Of a DNA stretch of 64,000 nucleotides, positions 57,740-64,000 are shown piece after piece. The position numbers and the translations under genes are program-made. The notes under the pieces were generated by a model that was not told where the DNA came from, made no database searches, and saw only the letters and a list, made by a program, of their open reading frames with translations. Each line of letters begins with the position of its first letter. The first letter of the stretch is position 1. Origin of the DNA: Schizochytrium sp. TIO01 (Eukaryota; Protista; Bigyra: Labyrinthulomycetes); the NCBI GenBank assembly GCA_004764695.1, contig SMSO01000031.1, forward strand, positions 286,436-350,435, read 5' to 3'.

Positions 57740-59057
57740 TTGGAGGTTAGGGATTTTTAGATTCCAGAATCAACACTAATATTACCTACCTAGCTACAAG
57801 ACGCAGGTTATCTCATCTGCTATGCTTCAAGTATCCTTCTCGTATACATTTTCCTTTGTGCAAGCCAACAAGCCAATGGTGAGCTACCACTCTTATTGAT
57901 TGAGGGTGTTTACACTACACAAATCAGCTTAGTATGATCAAGACCACCGTGAGCGAAAGAGCATAAAGCCCTTCTGTAGGATCTGCCGTCAATGTTTAGT
58001 GTATGCTTGCATGTTCTACGTTCATGTTCGCGTCGTGACGAAAGTTCGAATTCCAAAATAAAAAGTATATAAAAGCTGCCACAATTTTAGACTTAATTAT
58101 AAGGCTATAAAACTAGTTACAGGATATCAAGTTGAGCTAGGGAGTATACTTTGTCTGTGTGCAAATATTTCCGTTGGTATAAAGCCCAGCAATCATATCA
58201 GTACATCCAACCCTTTAAGTTTACAATTGCTTCGGAGTATTGTCTGTCTTTTTCAGAAGGGAAAAAGAAAAGATTGATGATACTAGAGTTTTTCATAATA
58301 AACATTATATTTTTTGCAACACATCAGACAACAACACTCCTTTTGATATTTCAAGTCCAGATACGAAATTTTGTTTTCATTTTGTGCTGTGACAGTTTCG
58401 CCACATTCATGTGAAAACCAAAATGAAGAAAGAGTCCCGTCCCCCCCCCCCATCCTATGACTTCATCTCCTCATCAAAAAGTTACTAATTTGGAAACAAC
58501 GCCCTCCAGGATTATTATGAATTCAAACAAATTTTGTTTCGGTCAATATTACAGCTCATTGTCAGCGCGGGTCTTGCCCACGGGCGTGTTGTTCGTGTCG
58601 TTGAAGTTGTGGTGATAGTGGTGGTGGTGGCGGTAGAGATGTATGACTTGATTGATTTCTGCAAATGGGGGGGAATCATTTGCGAAAAGGGCTAGAAGGT
58701 CCACACAGTGCCGATGTTTTGTTTTTCTCGGTGCAAGATTAAAAATGAAAAAATGCGTAGAAACCTGAACACGAGATCAAACAAAACAAAACATAACAGG
58801 CAGAAAGAGAACATAAGAATCTTCGAGCCGGAATAAATAAACTGCCGCTGTCGTTCGCACTTGCTTCATGTTGCAAAAGAAGGACATGAGAAGAGGAAAG
58901 AATAAATAGCGCACCGACTAAGGGACCAGTAGATTTCTAAGTTGTATCAACAAAGAATGTACTTCCCTTGCTTATAGTAGTAAGAGACGCGCAAATGATC
59001 ATTGTACATCGATTTGGCAGCTCTCAATGTGGTGAATACATGTTGCACACATGCTAT

Positions 59058-60620
59058 TTATTCTATAACATCAGCCCTTTCCTCTGGTAGAGTTGACTTG
59101 GAGCTATGTGTAGAGCTGCTCCTCCTCCTGTTTTGTTGTGCAAGAATTGCAGCTTCTACGGTCGGTGTGAAGGTGTTGTCTGCCGCCTGTAGAGGCAAGT
59201 GACCAAAGTCTTGGAGGGGGGTGCGACCCTGGGTTGCAGCTGAATCGGTCGCAGGATCGGTTTCATTGGGGGAAGGCAGCATTGACTGTTGCAGCAATTG
59301 TTCTGACTGGGCTTGCGACGCTACGAACCCAGTATCACTTTGGGGATTACTAAAGTCTTGCACTGAGATTGACTCTCGGCTACTGTCTTCGGCATGCGTA
59401 CTGGAATCGTCAGTGATACGCCGAAGCTTGCGGCTAGGCTCGTCGAATTGATTAGAAGATACAGATGACGATCCAGTAGGTTCAACACTGTGAGTTGTTT
59501 CGTTGAATAAAGTGGCAGATGTCAAGTCGGAAGCACTCGACTCTTCGCTCAAGGGAACTGCTGATGAGGATGAGGGAGCTTTAACAGCCTCTGACTGAGA
59601 CGTAGTTAGAATTGGTGCAGCAGGAGTGGCAACTCGCGAGATTTTGTTTTCCAAATTTGGCAACTCCTTCGATCGATCTGATGATAATGACACTTCAGCT
59701 TGCGTATCTGAGGATGACGAGGAAGAAGTTGAGGCAGACGCAGGTGCATCACTAGGCATGCAATCCCCGGAGTTGTCAGCTTTGCGCTCATGGGGAGTAC
59801 TCTCATTATCCATTTCATTGAGCTTGCGTTTCTTGAGCCCGCAGGCAGTCGCACCACCAAGGCTACCAGGGCCCAAAGCATTGCTTATGCATGAAAGTGT
59901 GGAGGATTTTCGCTCAAAAGCAGATCCTGCTTGTGCAGCCTGGAGAAACTTCGTTAATGGATCATCACTTTCTGCGTCAAAATCACAAGTCTTCGGTACA
60001 GGAAAAGGTTTGCCTGCCTTGCCCGCAACTTGCCACGCATGGAGAAGTATCTTACTGCGATGAGGGATTTTTGGGTCCTCTAGGTCAATAATGCTGTCAA
60101 TAATTTTCGTGGAGGACTGAGAATTTTCCAGTACAAGTTTACAAGCAACAAGGGCGTCAAGGTGACCTTTTTGTGCTGCAAGCTGGCATGGCGTCCTTCC
60201 TTCACAATCGTGAGCATCAAGACGGGCTCCGGCGTCAATAAGTAAGAGTGTGCCAACCTTTTGTCCATGCTCCATTGCGCTGTGCAATGCCGTTTTGCCC
60301 TTGGTCGAGACAGCATTGACGTTTGCTCCTCGCTCAATGAGGAGGTTGATGATGGAATTAAAGCCGCCCTTCGCGGCATAAAAGAGTGGAGTGTGACCTA
60401 TACAATCTAATGCGTCCACCTCTGCATGATGCTTGAGGAGCAAGCTTGCAACCTCATGATGACCAAACCTGCATGCTTCGTGCAGCGCTGTTGATTTATA
60501 CAGGTTATCCTGGCAAGTGACCGGGGCCCCCTCTTTCAGGAATTGTATACATTCATCTTTGCGGCCATTCTGAGCGGCTGACCGCAGCCGACAGCACATA
60601 TCGGAGCCACCATTACCCAT
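59058..60620 (-). CDS. Ankyrin-repeat protein with Ser-rich disordered tail
   Basis: About four ankyrin repeats (TALHEAC, TPLFYAA, TALHSAM, TPCQLAA). N-terminus MGNGGSDMCC is compatible with myristoylation/palmitoylation. Confidence 0.85.
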   Translation of the reverse strand: MGNGGSDMCCRLRSAAQNGRKDECIQFLKEGAPVTCQDNLYKSTALHEACRFGHHEVASLLLKHHAEVDALDCIGHTPLFYAAKGGFNSIINLLIERGANVNAVSTKGKTALHSAMEHGQKVGTLLLIDAGARLDAHDCEGRTPCQLAAQKGHLDALVACKLVLENSQSSTKIIDSIIDLEDPKIPHRSKILLHAWQVAGKAGKPFPVPKTCDFDAESDDPLTKFLQAAQAGSAFERKSSTLSCISNALGPGSLGGATACGLKKRKLNEMDNESTPHERKADNSGDCMPSDAPASASTSSSSSSDTQAEVSLSSDRSKELPNLENKISRVATPAAPILTTSQSEAVKAPSSSSAVPLSEESSASDLTSATLFNETTHSVEPTGSSSVSSNQFDEPSRKLRRITDDSSTHAEDSSRESISVQDFSNPQSDTGFVASQAQSEQLLQQSMLPSPNETDPATDSAATQGRTPLQDFGHLPLQAADNTFTPTVEAAILAQQNRRRSSSTHSSKSTLPEERADVIE

Positions 60621-61904
60621 GGCCTCCTAGCGCTGGTCTGATGCGGAGATAGCTCCGCTGAGTTTGGGGTGGTTGAAGCTTTACTTTTAGTTCTGCCTGA
60701 AAAAGCAACACAGTGCCGCCCTCCACAGAAGAAAGAAAGGAACTCAGCCACTGAGATCCGAGGGCCTCCACTCCAACTTTTTCCGTTCTAATCTCCTCTC
60801 AGGTGAAATGAATGCTAGCGCTCAACCCACGAAACCGAGCCCAAGGGCAATTCTCAATCCGCTCCGAAAGGATCCGGCACCTGCCTCGTCAGTCCCCTCA
60901 GCCTGCTCGAGTTTCCGTCTGCAAAGCAAGTGATTATGCCCAAGTGACCAAATAAGGAATTGATCACTCCTCCTCACTCACTGCTCACCAGAACAGGGGA
61001 AGAACGAAAGAGTGAAAGGGGAATTGGTGTATGCTCAAGTGTGCGCTGATCGATTAGATACGAGTTCTGCAGTCAAAGGGTAGACTAAGGAGGCTTCTGA
61101 AAGCCTTGTCAGCAGCAACCACGCACCTGCGCAGCACCGCTCCAGCGCTGAGGAAGAAAGAAGCGCCGCCCTTCGGCAGGCAGGCCGTCTAAGAGGCAGG
61201 CCAAGGGTGGAGTTGGTCTCCAGGCCTGCCGGGAAATAAACCTGAGCTTTACGCGGTTTGCGCGAGTTTAGTTGCGAAGGAGGAACAGAAAAAACCAACA
61301 AGTGAAACAACAACAACAACAACAACAACAAGAAAAAAGAGGGAACAATTGATCAATCTGTCGATCCCTCGATCACTCAATTGCCCAATGCAATAGGCCC
61401 AGTCGGCAGCCGCTCACGAAGCGATGCTGCGAACCTTTGGATTCCTGGCGCCTGTAGTCTTCGATACCCAGCCTCCCTCGACGGCGGCCTGCGCTACTGC
61501 GCCGCGCCTCGAGCAGCGAGCTAGCAGTTTGTCTGTCTCTCGCCGAGTCTCCTTTGTTCCTTTGGCGTCTCTTGAAACTATTTCCAATTTCAAAACTAAT
61601 TTTCTGTTTCTGCGTAATATACATTCATCGCTTTCGTTTAAACTTCGGTCCTACTACAGACTATAAAACTTTTTCTCTTTTCTTCTTTTTCCCTCTCGAC
61701 TACTATGAATCAAAGCGCCATCACTGCAAAAGGAAAAGAGATAAGAAAAAAGAAAGCTCTTCGACAAAGCTGGAGCTTTCAAGAAAGAAAAGAAACTGCG
61801 ATGCGAGGAAGGAAAGGCAAAGAGAACGAGAAACCTGAAAGAAAAGAAACTACAATAGGCTCAATTTGGTCTTCTTTCCATTCTTTCCATTCTAACACAA
61901 AGAA

Positions 61905-61906
61905 AT

Positions 61907-61941
<35 letters not shown>

Positions 61942-62236
61942 CAAAAAACAAACAAACAACTTGAAACAAAGAAACGGAGAAAAGCCTTCTTTTCCGCGAC
62001 CAATTCCTCGCGAGAAAGAAAGAAAGAAACCCGGCCGAGCCTCGCGAAAGCTCCACCTCTCTCCCTCGAAGTCGCCTCTAACTCGCGGCAACGCCCTCCT
62101 TCATTCACTCATTCACTCATTCACTCATTCACTCATTCATTCATTCATTCATTCATTCACTCTTTCCTTCGTCCCTTCGTTTGTTCATTTGTTCGTTCGT
62201 TCGTTCATTCTATCAATCACAATCAATCAATCAATC
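61905..62236. repeat. (AATC)n, (CATT)n and (TTCG)n simple repeats
   Basis: Direct reading at 61905-61940, 62102-62160 and 62190-62236. Confidence 0.85.
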
Positions 62237-62359
62237 GACACAGTTAGTTTTCGAATTCATCATTGATTGCGCTCTTAGGCGCCTGCCTACGCCGACTACC
62301 ACAATGGCACTTCTATGGGGCCTCCTACGCTATTGCCTAGTCCTCTCCGCCTCATAGAT

Positions 62360-63422
62360 TTGCATGAACTCGAATCTTCGCTTAGAATTCATTCATTCAA
62401 CCAATCAAATTTGCAAAACTTGCGCTTCCTGTGGTGAAAAAGCGGGGCAATCGCGTGTCAAAAACTAACCTGGGACCCAAAGGTATTCTTGTTAAGCCAT
62501 GCCCTTGGAAAGGTAGCGCCAAAGGAAGCCTCTGGCGGCGTGGATACCACGATCGGCTTCGAGTTTGTTTGCATTTTGGGGGGCATTTGACGTTCCGAGT
62601 TTGTCGAGGATGGTACCACATTCATTGCGAGGTTTTGAAGTGTGATTCTCTCGGCAAGTAAACAGTCTACACAACTTGCTAGGGAGAAAGCTGGGTTTTG
62701 TAAATGAGCGCTTGCCAGAAGCCAATGAACGACACATCATTCGAGCTGTCTTGATTTTGATCCATCTTGTTAACTTGTTGAGGTTTCCAATGGAGGCAAA
62801 AGGATCACACGGTAGTTTTCTCAAAACCAAAGTGCAATCTTGCGGTGAATCTCGGTCGTCCAGTAGGTTACGCAAGCCTGGTCTGTTGAAGCTAATTTCG
62901 TTGCCGATGTCTTTGCAGACGTGTTTGCAGCTTGGCCATTCCAGTTTCTTACCCATCTCCACTTCTTAAGAAAAGACCCCTTAACGTTTTCATAGGTCCT
63001 AAAGTTGAAACTCAACAAGTCAACAAGATAGATCAAAATCAAGATGGCTCCGATGATGTGTCGTTCGTTGGTTTCTGGCAAGCGCTTGTTCACTGAGCTC
63101 AGCTTTTCCCTGTCAGTTCTGTAAACTGGTTATTTGCCGAGAGGATCGCACTTCAAAACCACGCAGTGAATGTGGTACCATCCACGACAAGCTCGGAACA
63201 TCGAATGCCCCCCAAAAATGCAAACAAACGCGAAGCCGATCGTAGTATCTACGCCGCCAGAGACGTCCTTTCGCGCTACTACCTACCTAAGGACATGGAT
63301 TAGCTTTTGACCCGCGATAGACCTGTTTTGCCACCAAAGGAAATGCAAGCAAGTTTTGCAAATTTGATTGGTTGAATTCTGAGTGAACTGCCCATTCTTT
63401 ACAAAGGAGTCAAGTTCTGCGA
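62360..63422 (+). ncRNA. ~1-kb imperfect inverted repeat; candidate long hairpin RNA (siRNA/miRNA precursor)
   Basis: 62395-62423 is the exact reverse complement of 63349-63377 (29 bp). Arms 62395-62790 and 63004-63377 align throughout. Mismatches favour G-U pairs on the + strand. The inverted repeat is certain; the RNA call is inferred. Confidence 0.6.
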
Positions 63423-64000
63423 AAGCATCATCCATGAATGAACGAATGAACGAACGAACGAATGAATGGTCCATTCGACTCGGCCTCAGTTCAATCCAGC
63501 TTGAGGTGCGAAAGCCACGGTCTGCGGCGGTTCTACCTCGCTCTCTCCCAAGACCGCTCTCGACCCTTTCTCGCGAGCAATCGAAGACTGAGCGCAGCGA
63601 ATTCTGAAAATGCCCGCAACGATTGATCGTCAACGACGCACGGAGTTCGAGTTTAAGCGCTCGAGTCCCAAAGGCCCAAATTCAAGAGTTCAAATTCAAA
63701 TTCAAACATTTCGAAAATTCAAAATTCGAAGGCTCAAATGCAAATCAACTTAGTCGTATCGTAGTTCATATAGAGCCCTTCATTCCGCTAGTTCTACCTA
63801 TACACATGCTAGCTGTGCCTACTATAGAATTTCCATTCATTCTTTTCTTCTATTCTTTTTAAAAATTAAATTAAAATTGAAATCAAGAATTAACCTGAGA
63901 GGAGATATTTTAATTTGATTTAAATTATTTAATTTTTAAAAAGTAAAAAAAAAAAGAAAAAAAAAAAGTTGAAAACTATTGATAAACCCAATTTCTTATC

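Noticed and set aside
58549-58660. Possible extra exon (HHHHYHH...ADNEL*) of the ankyrin gene
   Set aside because: The upstream ORF already ends at 59058 and no convincing in-frame donor was identified.
62492-63093. ORFs inside the fold-back (156, 97 and 90 aa)
   Set aside because: Mirror-image ORFs produced by the inverted repeat; frames are not conserved between the arms.

Overview
Eukaryotic nuclear DNA. The genes are intron-poor, there are two GT-AG introns and (GAAT)n microsatellites, and a flagellar dynein gene is present. A stramenopile such as a thraustochytrid is my inference, not something the sequence proves. The flanks (1-33.5 kb and 55.4-61 kb) carry ordinary host genes: ankyrin-SAM, p47/NSFL1C, a giant dual-specificity phosphatase split by a 1-nt frameshift in a polyQ tract, Spg1/Tem1 GTPase, WDR63, SNU13, a Cid1-type terminal nucleotidyltransferase, a Nop6-like RRM-RGG protein, guanylate kinase, SEC12 and an ankyrin protein. 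Between about 35.4 and 54.2 kb lies a ~19-kb AT-richer, intronless, gene-dense island that looks like an endogenised large DNA virus fragment (mirusvirus- or NCLDV-like). It encodes a viral RuvC/A22-type Holliday junction resolvase convergent with a divergent TBP-like gene. It also carries a catalytically degenerate NDP-sugar dehydrogenase, a Crinkler-like REase+kinase, a 1472-aa Cys-rich/coiled-coil ORFan and a secreted three-module RCC1-like pseudogene. That pseudogene is interrupted by a 416-bp solo LTR with a perfect 5-bp target-site duplication. At 62.36-63.42 kb a ~1-kb imperfect fold-back has arm differences biased towards G-U pairs on the + strand, suggesting a long hairpin-RNA (siRNA/miRNA precursor) locus. 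All family assignments come from motif recognition by eye; no searches were run.
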